Origin: an uncultured Oscillospiraceae bacterium | GTDB taxonomy: Bacteria; Bacillota; Clostridia; Oscillospirales; Oscillospiraceae | Assembly: GCA_944387075.1 (NCBI GenBank) | Contig: CALXDO010000027.1 | Span: 15,064-79,063 of the forward strand | Direction of reading: 5' to 3' | Length of the DNA stretch: 64,000 bases | Shown: positions 10,251-21,737 of the stretch, one piece after another | How positions within the stretch are numbered: position 1 is the stretch's first letter | How the letters are laid out: each line of letters starts with the position of its first letter | Program-made: the position numbers and the translations under genes | Notes under the pieces: model-generated | What the model saw: only the letters and a program-made list of their open reading frames with translations | Databases searched by the model: none | Told to the model about the DNA's origin: nothing

Positions 10251-11279
10251 ATGGATAAGATCATTACCTTTGCCGTTCCCTGCTACAACTCAGCCGCCTA
10301 CATGGACCACTGCGTGGAAACCCTGCTGGCTGGGGGCGAGGACATCGAAATCATTTTGGTGGATGATGGCTCCACCAAGGACAACACCCCGGAAAAATGT
10401 GATGAGTGGGCCGCCAAGTACCCCGACATCATCCGGGCCATCCACCAGGAAAATGGCGGCCATGGCGAAGGAGTCAACCAGGGCATTCGCAACGCCCGTG
10501 GGCTGTATTACAAGGTGGTGGACTCCGACGACTGGCTGGACGAGGAATCCCTGCACACCGTCATGCACCAACTGCGCCAGTTTGCCCATATGCCCGCCCC
10601 TGTGGATATGGTGGTGGCCAACTATGTGTATGAGCATGTGGAGGACAACACCCGCAAGCCCGTGGGCTACAAAAATGTGTTTCCCACCGGACGTATTTTT
10701 ACCTGGGACGAAATTCGCCACTTCCGCACCTCCCAGTACCTGCTCATGCACTCGGTGATCTACCGCACCCAGCTGCTGCGGGATTGTGGTCTGGAATTGC
10801 CCAAGCACACCTTTTATGTAGACAACATCTTTGTCTACCAGCCCTTGCCCTATGTCAAGACCATTTACTACCTGAATGTAGATCTGTACCGCTACTTCAT
10901 CGGCCGCTCCGACCAGAGTGTCAACGAGTCGGTGATGGCCGGGCGCATTGACCAGCAGGTGCGGGTCACTCGTCTGATGATCGACGCCCACGACGTGCTG
11001 GCCATCAAGGCCAGCCAGCCCCGCCTGGGCCGGTATATGTTGAACTATTTGTCCATGATGATGACAATTTCTTCCATTTTCGCCGTCATTGCCAACACGC
11101 CTGAGTCTCTGGGCCTGCGCACCCAGCTGTGGGAGTACCTGCGTCAGAAAGATGCCGCCCTCTACCGCCGCTGCCGCTATCGCGCCACCAATGCCGCCAC
11201 CAACATCCCCGGTTATCAGGGGCGAAAGTTATCGGTTCAGCTCTATCGCGTGGCCCGGAAGATATACAAATTCAACTAA
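10251..11279 (+). CDS. Glycosyltransferase family 2
   Basis: VPCYN, VDDGS, ENGGHG, VDSDD motifs. Confidence 0.93.
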   Translation: MDKIITFAVPCYNSAAYMDHCVETLLAGGEDIEIILVDDGSTKDNTPEKCDEWAAKYPDIIRAIHQENGGHGEGVNQGIRNARGLYYKVVDSDDWLDEESLHTVMHQLRQFAHMPAPVDMVVANYVYEHVEDNTRKPVGYKNVFPTGRIFTWDEIRHFRTSQYLLMHSVIYRTQLLRDCGLELPKHTFYVDNIFVYQPLPYVKTIYYLNVDLYRYFIGRSDQSVNESVMAGRIDQQVRVTRLMIDAHDVLAIKASQPRLGRYMLNYLSMMMTISSIFAVIANTPESLGLRTQLWEYLRQKDAALYRRCRYRATNAATNIPGYQGRKLSVQLYRVARKIYKFN

Positions 11280-11469
11280 GTTCAGAATTGCTGGGCCCAA
11301 TCCCCATTGTTTCCAGGAATTTTGCATAAATTACACAGTTATTTTTCACCCATGATACTGCCCCTTTTCCAGTTGCATTTTTACAAAAAGATGCTATACT
11401 GTAAGGCGTTGGGGCTTATGCTCCTATGGCAAATCCATTCCCCAACTAAAAATTAGGAGGTTACTCATT

Positions 11470-12816
11470 TTGCCGGACGACCCATCTTTATTGCCCCAAC
11501 TTCTGATTCTCATTCTCCTGATTTTGGTCAACGCATTTTTTGCTGCCGCCGAAATCGCTGTCATTTCCCTATCCGAAACCAAGCTGAAAAAGCAAGCGGA
11601 GGACGGGGATAAGAAAGCCAAGAAACTCTTGGGGCTGACCCAGGCGCCCGACCATTTCCTCTCCGCCATCCAAATCGCCATTACCCTGGCCGGTTTCCTG
11701 TCCTCGGCCTTTGCTGCGGACACCTTCTCCGACCCTCTGGTGGAATGGCTGGTAGCCCGGGGCGTGACTCAACTCCCCCAGGGCACTCTCAACACCCTTA
11801 CCGTCATTGTCATCACCATTGTCTTGTCCTACTTCAGCTTGGTGCTGGGCGAATTGGTGCCCAAACGCATTGCCATGAAGAAAACCGAGTCGGTGGCTCG
11901 TGTGACCGTGGGTGCCGTCTGTGTGATTGCTACGGTGTGCCGCCCGGTGATTTGGCTTCTCTCCAAATCCACCAACGGCGTGCTGCGTCTGCTGCACATT
12001 GACCCCCGTGCTGACGAGGAAGAGGTGTCTGAAGATGAAATCCGCATGATGGTGGACTTGGGCGAAGAACGGGGCACCATTGAAACCGCCGAAAAGGAGC
12101 TCATTGAGAACATCTTCGAGTTTAACAATTCCACCGCCGAGGACGTGATGGTCCACCGCACCGACATGATGATGATCTGGGCCGACGACACCGCAGAGGA
12201 AATTTTGAACACCATTCGGCAGTCCGGTCTCTCCCGCTTCCCCGTCTACGAGGAAGATGCCGACGATATTGTGGGTATCCTCTCCACCCGCGTCTATTTG
12301 CTCAACACCCAGCAGGCCCACCCCAAACCTCTGCGTGAGCTGCTCTACCCCGCCTACTTTGTCCCCGAGTCGGTGCGCACCGACGTTTTGTTCCGGGATA
12401 TGCAGAGCAAAAAAGTTCACCTGGCCATTGTGGTGGATGAATACGGCGGAACCTCCGGCCTTGTGACCATGGAGGATTTGCTGGAAGAGATTGTGGGTAA
12501 CATTTATGACGAGTTCGACCCTCAGGAGGAGGCAGACCTGATACAGCTGGAGGAAAATCTCTGGCAGGTCTCCGGCTCCTGTGATCTGGAGCAGCTGTCC
12601 AAGGCTCTGGATATTTCCTTCCCAGAGGAAGAGGAGTTTGACACGTTGGGCGGTCTAGTCTTTGCCCAACTGTCTGTCATTCCCGCCGATGGGGCGCAAT
12701 TGGAACTGGATGCCTATGGGCTGCACATTAAGGTGCTCAACTTCAACGACCGGCGTGTGGAGCTAGCCCTGGTCTCCAAGCTTCCTCCCCAGGAGGAAGA
12801 GCCATCCAAGCACTGA
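11470..12816 (+). CDS. HlyC/CorC (CNNM, CBS, CorC) membrane protein
   Basis: NAFFAAAEIA, GELVPKRIA, SRFPV, VVDEYGGTSGLVTMEDLLEEIVG; TTG start after AGGAGG. Confidence 0.93.
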   Translation: MPDDPSLLPQLLILILLILVNAFFAAAEIAVISLSETKLKKQAEDGDKKAKKLLGLTQAPDHFLSAIQIAITLAGFLSSAFAADTFSDPLVEWLVARGVTQLPQGTLNTLTVIVITIVLSYFSLVLGELVPKRIAMKKTESVARVTVGAVCVIATVCRPVIWLLSKSTNGVLRLLHIDPRADEEEVSEDEIRMMVDLGEERGTIETAEKELIENIFEFNNSTAEDVMVHRTDMMMIWADDTAEEILNTIRQSGLSRFPVYEEDADDIVGILSTRVYLLNTQQAHPKPLRELLYPAYFVPESVRTDVLFRDMQSKKVHLAIVVDEYGGTSGLVTMEDLLEEIVGNIYDEFDPQEEADLIQLEENLWQVSGSCDLEQLSKALDISFPEEEEFDTLGGLVFAQLSVIPADGAQLELDAYGLHIKVLNFNDRRVELALVSKLPPQEEEPSKH

Positions 12817-12949
12817 TTTTACTTTTTTGTAGATGAGCAGGGCTTTGGGCCTTGTTTTTCTAATAGATCATTTAGATCATTTTACTATTGGTGTGTGCAT
12901 GCACACCCTTCTTACCCTGTACCAATCACAGAACGGAGGAAATACTTCT

Positions 12950-14368
12950 ATGCGAAAGACAAAGATTATTTGTACCCTGGGCCCTGCTTCCAGCAGCGAA
13001 GAAGTCATCGAGAAACTGATCCTCACCGGCATGGATGCCGCTCGTTTCAATTTCTCCCACGGCACTCATGAGTCCCACCTGGCTCTGCTCACCCGAGTGA
13101 AGAACGTCCGGGACCGTCTGGGCCGTCCTCTGGCCACCATTTTGGATACTAAGGGCCCCGAGATCCGCATCCGTTCTTTTGCCTGCGACCGCATTGAGCT
13201 CAGCGAGGGCGACACCTTCACCCTGACCACCCGCGACGTGCAGGGTGACAACACCATCGTGTCCGTGACCTACACCAACCTCCATGAAGAGGTGTCCGTG
13301 GGCACCCACCTGCTCATTGATGACGGTCTGGTGGACATTGAGGTCACCGAGATCAAGGGTCAGGACATCATCTGCCGCGTGGTCACCGGCGGCCCCCTGT
13401 CCAACAACAAGTCCATCAACATCCCCAATACTCACATCTCCCTGCCCGCCCTCACCGAGAAGGACAAGGGCGATCTGAAGTTTGCTGTGGAGAACGACTT
13501 TGACTTTGTCGCCGCCTCCTTTGTGCGTCAGGCCTCCGATGTGGAGGAGATTCGTGCCGTTTTGGACTCCCACGGTGGTCAGCACATCGGCATCATCGCC
13601 AAGATTGAGAACCAGGAGGGCGTGGACAACATGGAGGCCATCCTCAAGGTGGCCGATGGCCTGATGGTGGCCCGTGGTGACCTGGGCGTGGAGATTCCCG
13701 CTCAGGACGTGCCGGTGCTCCAGAAGCGTATGATTAAGGCCGCCATTGCTCAGGGCAAGCACGTGGTCACCGCCACCCAGATGCTGGCTTCCATGATCCG
13801 CAATCCCCGTCCCACTCGTGCCGAGGTGTCCGACGTGGCCAACGCTGTGTTTGATGGCACCGGCTGCGTGATGCTCTCCGGTGAGACTGCCTCCGGCAAG
13901 TACCCCGTGGAGGCCCTCCAGACCATGGTGGACATCGTCACCACTGCGGAGGCTTCCACCAACTACTGGAAGCGTTTCCGCAACGCTACTGTGGATCACA
14001 CCTCCAGCATCACCGATGCCATCAGCCACACCGCCTGCCTGACCGCTATGGACCTGAAGGCTACCGCCATTCTCACCGCCACCGAAACCGGTCATACCGC
14101 CCGCATGACCACCCGTTTCCGTCCCGGCTGCGTAGTGGCCGCCTTGACCACCAATGAGCGCGTCCGCCGCCAGCTGGCCATCACCTGGGGCGTAGCTCCC
14201 TACCTGTCCGGCACCGTGGACTCCACCGACCGTCTGTTCTCTCTGTGCGTGGAATCCGCCAAGAAGGAGGGCATTGTCAAGGAGGGTGACACTGTAGTCA
14301 TCACCGCCGGTGTGCCCATTGGCAGAAGCGGCTCCACCAACCTCATCAAGGCTCAGGTGGTAAAATAA
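12950..14368 (+). CDS. pyk: Pyruvate kinase
   Basis: RKTKIICTLGP, RFNFSHG, DTKGPEIR, MVARGDLGVE, MLSGET; start set at GGAGG RBS. Confidence 0.98.
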   Translation: MRKTKIICTLGPASSSEEVIEKLILTGMDAARFNFSHGTHESHLALLTRVKNVRDRLGRPLATILDTKGPEIRIRSFACDRIELSEGDTFTLTTRDVQGDNTIVSVTYTNLHEEVSVGTHLLIDDGLVDIEVTEIKGQDIICRVVTGGPLSNNKSINIPNTHISLPALTEKDKGDLKFAVENDFDFVAASFVRQASDVEEIRAVLDSHGGQHIGIIAKIENQEGVDNMEAILKVADGLMVARGDLGVEIPAQDVPVLQKRMIKAAIAQGKHVVTATQMLASMIRNPRPTRAEVSDVANAVFDGTGCVMLSGETASGKYPVEALQTMVDIVTTAEASTNYWKRFRNATVDHTSSITDAISHTACLTAMDLKATAILTATETGHTARMTTRFRPGCVVAALTTNERVRRQLAITWGVAPYLSGTVDSTDRLFSLCVESAKKEGIVKEGDTVVITAGVPIGRSGSTNLIKAQVVK

Positions 14369-14385
14369 TTTCAAATTGCCATACT

Positions 14386-14673
14386 AAAGGGGGACGGTGT
14401 ACCACCGTCCCCCTTCGTAACATGTCGAACCAGTTCGACATGTTTCTCAAAAATGCAAGCATTTTTTCGGGGGGATGCAGCCCCCTGCGTCGCACTCGCA
14501 AGCTCGCACGCTTGGGGGCTGAGAAGTGTCATTTTCCCGGCGCATGTCCGTGGAAATGACGGGATTTCAATTTATTCCGTCATCTGCGGATGACGGAACT
14601 CTGCGAGGCTTCTAACCCCGAGAGTTTTTCCACAATCTGAAAAAGGGGATGGTGCACCACCGTCCCCCTTCGT
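14386..14673. repeat. Structured intergenic repeat element, copy 1, flanked by a duplicated ~32 bp hairpin
   Basis: 14386-14418 and 14642-14673 are near-identical direct repeats; internal segments recur at 17609-17756, 21681-21730 and 24021-24084. Confidence 0.75.
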
Positions 14674-14702
14674 GCTATTTCTAGAATTGGAGGAATCCTC
14701 CC

Positions 14703-15368
14703 TTGAACATTTTTGACATTATGGGCCCCATTATGGTGGGGCCGTCCAGTTCCCATACGGCGGGAGCTGCCCGCATGGGCCGGGTGGCCCGGCACCTGCT
14801 GGGCAGCCAGCCAGTAAAGGCGGACATCCAGCTCCACGGCTCCTTTGCCGCCACTGGCTCTGGACACGGCACCGATCGGGCCATTGTGGCTGGACTCCTG
14901 GACCTGGCCCCTGACCACCCCGGCATCCCCAACAGCTTCCAGCTGGCCCGTCAGGCGGGTATGGAGGTGTCCATCCGTCCGGTGGATTTGCCGGGGGCGC
15001 ACCCCAACACCGCCCTCCTGCACCTCACCGATGCCCAGGGCCACACCCTGTCCGTCTCCGCCTCCTCTCTGGGCGGCGGACGCATCCGGGTCAATGCCAT
15101 TGACGAGATGGAGGCCTCCTTCTCTGGGGAACTGCCCACCCTCATCATCCGCAACCAGGACCGGCCGGGCATTGTCTCCCAGGTCAGCCAGGTGCTTTCC
15201 GACCATCAGGCCAACATCGCCACCATGCAGCTCTACCGGGACCGCCGGGGCGGTCTGGCGGTGATGGTGCTGGAATGCGACAATCACCTCTCCCCCGCTC
15301 TGGTGGACGAGCTATCCCACTTGGACGGGGTGGAGCGGTGTACCTATCTCAACATGGAGGACTGCTGA
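14703..15368 (+). CDS. sdaAB: L-serine dehydratase, Fe-S dependent, beta subunit
   Basis: GPIMVGPSSSHTAGA, GHGTDRA, HPNT, C-terminal ACT domain; TTG start. Confidence 0.95.
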   Translation: MNIFDIMGPIMVGPSSSHTAGAARMGRVARHLLGSQPVKADIQLHGSFAATGSGHGTDRAIVAGLLDLAPDHPGIPNSFQLARQAGMEVSIRPVDLPGAHPNTALLHLTDAQGHTLSVSASSLGGGRIRVNAIDEMEASFSGELPTLIIRNQDRPGIVSQVSQVLSDHQANIATMQLYRDRRGGLAVMVLECDNHLSPALVDELSHLDGVERCTYLNMEDC

Positions 15369-15369
15369 T

Positions 15370-16233
15370 ATGGCATATCAATCGGTGGAACATCTTCTCT
15401 CCTGCTCGACCCAACACCCCCTTTGGAAGGCGGTGGTGCTGGACGACTGTCAGGACCGGGATGTGACAGAACAAGAGAGCTTTTCCCGCATGGAGACCCT
15501 GTGGCAGGCCATGGTGGAGTCGGTGGAACACTACGACCCCCAGCGCCGCTCTGCCTCCGGCTTGTCCGGCGGTCAGGGCGCACAGATGGAACAGGCCCAG
15601 GACACCCTATGCGGTGGGTTTATGCAGCAGGTCATTGCCACTGCCCTAAAGATAGGCGAGCACAACGCCTGCATGGGGCGCATTGTGGCCGCCCCCACCG
15701 CCGGAGCCAGCGGGGTGATGCCCGCCGTCCTCCTTCCCCTGTGGCGCAAAGAGGGCCTGTCCACCCACACCATGGTGGAGTGCCTGTATGTGGCCGCCGG
15801 ATTCGGCCAGGTCATCGCCACCCGAGCCTCTATTTCTGGGGCGGAAGGGGGCTGTCAGGCGGAGATTGGCTCCGCCTCCGGCATGGCCGCCGCCGCTCTG
15901 GTTCACGCCCGAGGCGGCACTGGGGAACAGATGGCCCACGCCTGTGCCATGGCCCTGCAAAATGTGCTGGGGCTGGTGTGCGACCCGGTGGCGGGTCTGG
16001 TGGAGGTCCCCTGCGTCAAGCGCAACGTCATGGGGGCCGTCAATGCCATGGCCTGCGCCGATATGGCTCTGGCCGGCATCACCTCCGCCATTCCCTGCGA
16101 CCAGGTTATTGACGCCATGACCGCGGTGGGTCGTACCCTCCCTTCCGCCCTGCGGGAGACCGGCAAGGGAGGCCTTGCCGCCACCCCCACCGGTCACACC
16201 ATCGCCCAACAGCAGGCAAAACTGGTTCCCTGA
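15370..16233 (+). CDS. sdaAA: L-serine dehydratase, Fe-S dependent, alpha subunit
   Basis: IVAAPTAGASG, SGAEGGCQAEIG, GLVCDPVAGLVEVPCVKRN, LRETGKGGLA. Confidence 0.95.
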   Translation: MAYQSVEHLLSCSTQHPLWKAVVLDDCQDRDVTEQESFSRMETLWQAMVESVEHYDPQRRSASGLSGGQGAQMEQAQDTLCGGFMQQVIATALKIGEHNACMGRIVAAPTAGASGVMPAVLLPLWRKEGLSTHTMVECLYVAAGFGQVIATRASISGAEGGCQAEIGSASGMAAAALVHARGGTGEQMAHACAMALQNVLGLVCDPVAGLVEVPCVKRNVMGAVNAMACADMALAGITSAIPCDQVIDAMTAVGRTLPSALRETGKGGLAATPTGHTIAQQQAKLVP

Positions 16234-16237
16234 TCCT

Positions 16238-16456
16238 TTATAGCTTCTTCAGTTCCCCAATGACCCCCTGAATCATGCTCTCCGGCACCCAACTGGAGAG
16301 AAAGGCGGAGAGCTGTTCCAGGGTCACGGTTCGGGCCGCCCCCTTTACTGGGTGCTTGGAGAGCAGGGGAATGCGCCGCTGAAACACGCTTCGGCTGCGG
16401 GGATTGTCCCACAGCTCTCCCAATGTAATCTGGTTGTTGCGTAAATCCATCTTCAT
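16238..16456 (-). CDS. Small hypothetical protein
   Basis: ORF with GGAGAGGTG RBS filling the gap, convergent on sdaAA. Confidence 0.6.
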   Translation of the reverse strand: MKMDLRNNQITLGELWDNPRSRSVFQRRIPLLSKHPVKGAARTVTLEQLSAFLSSWVPESMIQGVIGELKKL

Positions 16457-16511
16457 CACCTCTCCCCCATCCTATGCACATGCCCCCTGATTTTTGACTG
16501 GAGGAATTGCT

Positions 16512-17345
16512 GTGTCCAAAAAACATCGTCCCTCTGATGCCACCCCCAAGCCCCGCCCCTTGGAGCGCAAGGGGCTTCTCTATGCGGTCTACTTTGTGCT
16601 GCGTGTGGCAGTCATGCTCATGCTGGTGGCGGCAGTCTTCAACCGCAGCTATGAAAACGTGCTTTTGTGCGTGCTCACCCTCTTTTTGTTCATGCTTCCC
16701 TCCGCCTTTGAGCGGAAGCTGCGCATCGACCTGCCGGACACGCTGGAAATCATCATCTTGCTGTTCATCTTCGCTGCTGAAATTTTGGGGGAAATTCAGG
16801 ATTACTACATCACCTTCCCCTACTGGGACACCATGCTCCACACCATCAACGGCTTCTTGTGCGCTGCCATCGGCTTTGCCCTGGTGGACATCCTCAACCG
16901 CACGGAACGGGTGTCCCTGAGCCTCAGCCCCTTCTACATGGCGGTGGTGGCCTTCTGTTTCTCCATGACGGTGGGGGTTCTGTGGGAATTTTTCGAGTTT
17001 TCCATGGACTACTTCCTCCACTTCGACATGCAGAAGGACACCATCCTCCACACCATCTCCACGGTGAATCTGGACCCCAACCACGGCACCACCGCCGTGA
17101 TGGTGGACGGTATCCAGGATGTGATTCTGGTGCTGGAAGACGGCACCCAGAAGTCCCTGGGGCTGGGGGGCTATCTGGACATTGGCATCGTGGACACCAT
17201 GGTGGACCTGTTCGTCAACTTCATTGGGGCGGTGATCTTCTCTGCCATCGGCTTTTTCTACGTCAAGGGTCGGGGTCGCAGCCGCTTTGCTCCCCGGTTT
17301 ATCCCTCAAGTGCTTCCAGAGGAAAAATCTTCCTCCGAGGAATAA
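16512..17345 (+). CDS. Integral membrane protein (DUF2238-like)
   Basis: Multiple TM segments; WDTMLH, WEFFEF, DTMVDL motifs; GTG start after GGAGG. Confidence 0.7.
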   Translation: MSKKHRPSDATPKPRPLERKGLLYAVYFVLRVAVMLMLVAAVFNRSYENVLLCVLTLFLFMLPSAFERKLRIDLPDTLEIIILLFIFAAEILGEIQDYYITFPYWDTMLHTINGFLCAAIGFALVDILNRTERVSLSLSPFYMAVVAFCFSMTVGVLWEFFEFSMDYFLHFDMQKDTILHTISTVNLDPNHGTTAVMVDGIQDVILVLEDGTQKSLGLGGYLDIGIVDTMVDLFVNFIGAVIFSAIGFFYVKGRGRSRFAPRFIPQVLPEEKSSSEE

Positions 17346-17401
17346 ACAGCGGGGCTCTGGTGCATACTTCTGGTGGAGTCTAAAACCAGGAGGTCTTTGC
17401 T

Positions 17402-17578
17402 ATGTTTGAACAAACCAACCCCAACATCAAGTGCACCGTGTCCAGCTGCGCCCATTTCCGCAATCAGGCCTGTACCCTCAACGAGATTCAAGTGGGCTGC
17501 TGCCAGACCAAAGTGGACTGCTGCCAGGACACCAAGTGTGCGTCCTTCCAGCTGGGCACCACCAACAGCTGCCACTAA
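17402..17578 (+). CDS. Small Cys-rich DUF1540-like protein (58 aa)
   Basis: Hand-translated MFEQTNPNIKCTVSSCAHFRNQACTLNEIQVGCCQTKVDCCQDTKCASFQLGTTNSCH; AGGAGG RBS; hairpin terminator follows. Confidence 0.8.
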   Translation: MFEQTNPNIKCTVSSCAHFRNQACTLNEIQVGCCQTKVDCCQDTKCASFQLGTTNSCH

Positions 17579-17608
17579 TTCCAAAGAAGTCCCAGGACTT
17601 CTTTGGAG

Positions 17609-17756
17609 CGGGTTTTCATGGGGGATGTGGCTCGATTTCTCACGAAAAAGTCACCCCATCCCCCATGAGAAGTGCCATTCCCCCGGCACATGTCCGTGGA
17701 AATGACGGAATTTATGATTTTTTTCCCGTCTGCGGACGGGGAAACTCTGCCGAGGG
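17609..17756. repeat. Structured intergenic repeat element, copy 2
   Basis: tgagaagtgccattcccccggcacatgtccgtggaaatgacgg...aactctgccgagg matches 14520-14608. Confidence 0.75.
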
Positions 17757-17994
17757 CCTTGTCTCTGGGAGAACTTGAATTTCAATTGATTTCCCCGCCT
17801 ATTGGCGGGGCAAGTATGCGAGGCTAAGGTCTGGAAGTGTTCTCCCAAAGGGACACTTCCAGACCTTTTTCTATATCACCAAAATTCTTTTTACATTATT
17901 ACATTATTTCGGTACAGTGTAAAATATTTTTTACCTTCGCAATTTCTCATTGACAAATGGCGGGAAAGGGTCTATCATGGCTTTAATAATCTAA

Positions 17995-18245
17995 AGCAAA
18001 CAACTGCGACGATCAGGCCAGTAACCCCCTTGGCGGCAGCTCAGAGAAAAGGCGGTGGGTGCGAGTCCTTTCTGCTGTATGGTGTGGTGAATCTCCCCTG
18101 GAAGCAGTTCTGCTGAAATTTCAGAAGAGTAGGCAGAACCGGCCCCCGCCGTTATCGGGTTCAAGTGCCCCCATAGCGGGGAATTTAGGTGGTACCGCGG
18201 AGCGCAGCTTCGTCCTAATTTGGGATGAAGTTGCGTTCTTTTTCT
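17995..18245 (+). ncRNA. T-box riboswitch upstream of ilvB (specifier probably CUG, Leu)
   Basis: AGTA and CAGAGA stem I motifs, CCGTTA F-box, T-box AATTTAGGTGGTACCGCG (18182-18199), terminator T-tract; promoter TTGACA-17-TATCAT at 17950-17978. Confidence 0.92.
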
Positions 18246-18264
18246 ATCCAAAGGAGGGTATTGT

Positions 18265-19974
18265 ATGCGAATGAAAGGTTCTCAAATCGTGATGGAATGT
18301 CTGCTGGAACAGGGAGTGGACACGGTATTTGGCTACCCCGGCGGCACCATCCTCAACATTTATGACGAGTTTGAGCTGCATGGGTACAAGGAGAAAATCC
18401 ACCACTACCTCACCTCCCATGAACAGGGAGCCAGCCACGCCGCTGACGGCTATGCCCGATCCACCGGCAAGGTGGGGGTGTGCTTTGCCACCTCCGGCCC
18501 CGGCGCCACCAACCTGGTCACCGGCATTGCCACCGCCTACTATGACTCCTCCCCCGTGGTGTTTCTCACCTGCAACGTCAACGAAAACCTCATCGGTAAG
18601 GACTCCTTCCAGGAGGTGGACATCACCGGCATCACCATGCCCATTACCAAGTGCAACTATCTGGTAAAGGATGTCAACAAGCTGGCGGATGTGATTCGCG
18701 AGGCCTTTGCCATCGCTCGTTCCGGTCGACCGGGGCCTGTGCTGGTGGACATCGCCAAAAACGTCACTGCCGCCACGGCGGAGTATGAATACCTCCCCGT
18801 GTCTGAGCACCCCAACCATGGCCGATTGGCCAATCTGATGCGGCGTACCGGCCGGGATCTTGGCACCCCTGAGCCGGACCATGGGGACATCCAAAAGCTG
18901 CTGGATTTGATCGCCCAGTCTCAGCGACCCATGGTGCTGGTGGGCGGCGGCGTCATTCGCTCCAAGGGGGCAGTCACGGAGTTCCGCAAGTTCATGGAAA
19001 CCCTGGACGCCCCTGTGGGCTCCACCATCATGGGCGGCGGCGCCTGTCCCGGCAATCACCCCTTGTTCACCGGCATGGTGGGGATGCACGGCTCCCACGC
19101 CTCCAACATCGCCACCACCCAATGTGATCTGCTCATTGCCATCGGCTGCCGTTTCTCCGACCGAGTGGCCACCGACCCCGCCACCTTTGCCAAGCAGGCC
19201 AAGATTGTACATATCGACATCGACCGGGCAGAAATTGACAAAAACGTCCTGACCTATCACCACATCATCGGGGATGCCCGCCGGGTGCTGGAGTTGCTCA
19301 ACGAAAAGCTGCCCCGCCACGATTTCACAGCATGGAAGGCAGAGGTCTTCTCCCACAAGGAGCTGCCGCTGAAAAAGGACAACGTGCTCCACGCCCACGA
19401 GGTGCTGGAAACCATCCAGGAGGCCACCGACGGCAAAGCCATTATCGCCACTGACGTGGGCCAGCACCAGATGTGGTCCTGTCAATACTACCACTTCTCC
19501 CGTCCCGGTCAGCTGCTCACCAGCGGCGGCTTCGGCACCATGGGCTTCGGCCTGGGGGCCGCCATGGGGGCCAAGGTGGGCAATCCCGACCAGATCGTGG
19601 TCCACTGCACCGGAGACGGCTGCTTCCGCATGAACTGCCACGAACTGGCCACCCTGGAACATTACCACATCCCGGTGATTACCGTCATCTTCAACAATGG
19701 TACCCTGGGCATGGTTCGCCAGTGGCAAAACCTCATCTACCACAAGCGATTCTCCCAGACAGATCTGGACCGCGGCCCGGACTTTGTGAAGCTGGCAGAG
19801 GCCTACGGCCTCAAGGGATTCCGTGCCGGAACCCAGGCGGAATTTGCCCAGGCTTTCCAGCAGGCTCTGCAGGCTGGATGCGGCTGTGTCATTGACTGCA
19901 CCATCCGCATGGACGCCATGGTGCATCCTATGGTCAGTGCCGGTACCCCTGTTACCGATTTCATCTTGGATTGA
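18265..19974 (+). CDS. ilvB: Acetolactate synthase large subunit
   Basis: FGYPGG, HEQGA, TSGPGATN, TDVGQHQMW, GDG...NN ThDP motif. Confidence 0.96.
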   Translation: MRMKGSQIVMECLLEQGVDTVFGYPGGTILNIYDEFELHGYKEKIHHYLTSHEQGASHAADGYARSTGKVGVCFATSGPGATNLVTGIATAYYDSSPVVFLTCNVNENLIGKDSFQEVDITGITMPITKCNYLVKDVNKLADVIREAFAIARSGRPGPVLVDIAKNVTAATAEYEYLPVSEHPNHGRLANLMRRTGRDLGTPEPDHGDIQKLLDLIAQSQRPMVLVGGGVIRSKGAVTEFRKFMETLDAPVGSTIMGGGACPGNHPLFTGMVGMHGSHASNIATTQCDLLIAIGCRFSDRVATDPATFAKQAKIVHIDIDRAEIDKNVLTYHHIIGDARRVLELLNEKLPRHDFTAWKAEVFSHKELPLKKDNVLHAHEVLETIQEATDGKAIIATDVGQHQMWSCQYYHFSRPGQLLTSGGFGTMGFGLGAAMGAKVGNPDQIVVHCTGDGCFRMNCHELATLEHYHIPVITVIFNNGTLGMVRQWQNLIYHKRFSQTDLDRGPDFVKLAEAYGLKGFRAGTQAEFAQAFQQALQAGCGCVIDCTIRMDAMVHPMVSAGTPVTDFILD

Positions 19975-19987
19975 GAGGAGGGCCACT

Positions 19988-20548
19988 ATGAATAGCATCA
20001 TTACTCGTCACACCCTGTCTGTGCTGGTGGAAAATACCCCCGGTGTTCTCTCCCAGGTCTCCCGGCTCTTCTCCCGCAAGGGCTATAACATCGAGTCCCT
20101 GGCGGTGGGTACCACCGACGACTCAGAAGTGTCCCGCATTACCATCGAGGTAAAATGCGATGACCTCATGGTGGAACAGATCACCAACCAGCTGCGCAAG
20201 CTCTTCTGTGTCTACTCTGTGCGGCTGCTCCCCCCCAACTCCTCGACACGCCGGGAACTGGTACTCATCAAGGTAAAAGCGGAGGGCCGGGATGTGCGCA
20301 ACGAGGTCATCCAGATTGCCAACATCTTCCGAGCCACCATCATTGATGTGTCCTCCAAGAGCCTGACCCTGGCGGTCATCGGCCAGGAATCCAAAGACGA
20401 CGCCCTGGAGAAGCTTCTGTGTGAGTTTGGCATTCTTGAGTTGGTGCGCACCGGTATGGTCGCCCTGGAACGGGGCGAGGCCACCATCAACGACAACGAC
20501 GACAACAAAGAGACCGACGAATTTGATCTTGGTAAAAATGTTCTCTAA
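19988..20548 (+). CDS. ilvN: Acetolactate synthase small subunit
   Basis: LSVLVENTPGVL, GYNIESLAVG, RELVLIKV, ELVRTG. Confidence 0.95.
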   Translation: MNSIITRHTLSVLVENTPGVLSQVSRLFSRKGYNIESLAVGTTDDSEVSRITIEVKCDDLMVEQITNQLRKLFCVYSVRLLPPNSSTRRELVLIKVKAEGRDVRNEVIQIANIFRATIIDVSSKSLTLAVIGQESKDDALEKLLCEFGILELVRTGMVALERGEATINDNDDNKETDEFDLGKNVL

Positions 20549-20570
20549 CATTGCAATATATTCTATTTAA

Positions 20571-21602
<1,032 letters not shown>

Positions 21603-21680
21603 GATACTTATAAAAACAGCGGCCTGACCCCGTAGGGCCAGGCCGCTTGCTCATAGGGAAAAGGCGCAGCCTTTCCCCTA

Positions 21681-21730
21681 CGGAATATTTCCATTCATTC
21701 CGCCACCACAGGTGGCGGAACTCTGCCAGG
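21681..21730. repeat. Structured intergenic repeat element, partial copy 3
   Basis: ttccgccacc-aca-ggtggcggaa-ctctgccagg equals the hairpin plus tail at 14575-14608. Confidence 0.6.
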
Positions 21731-21737
21731 CAAACGA

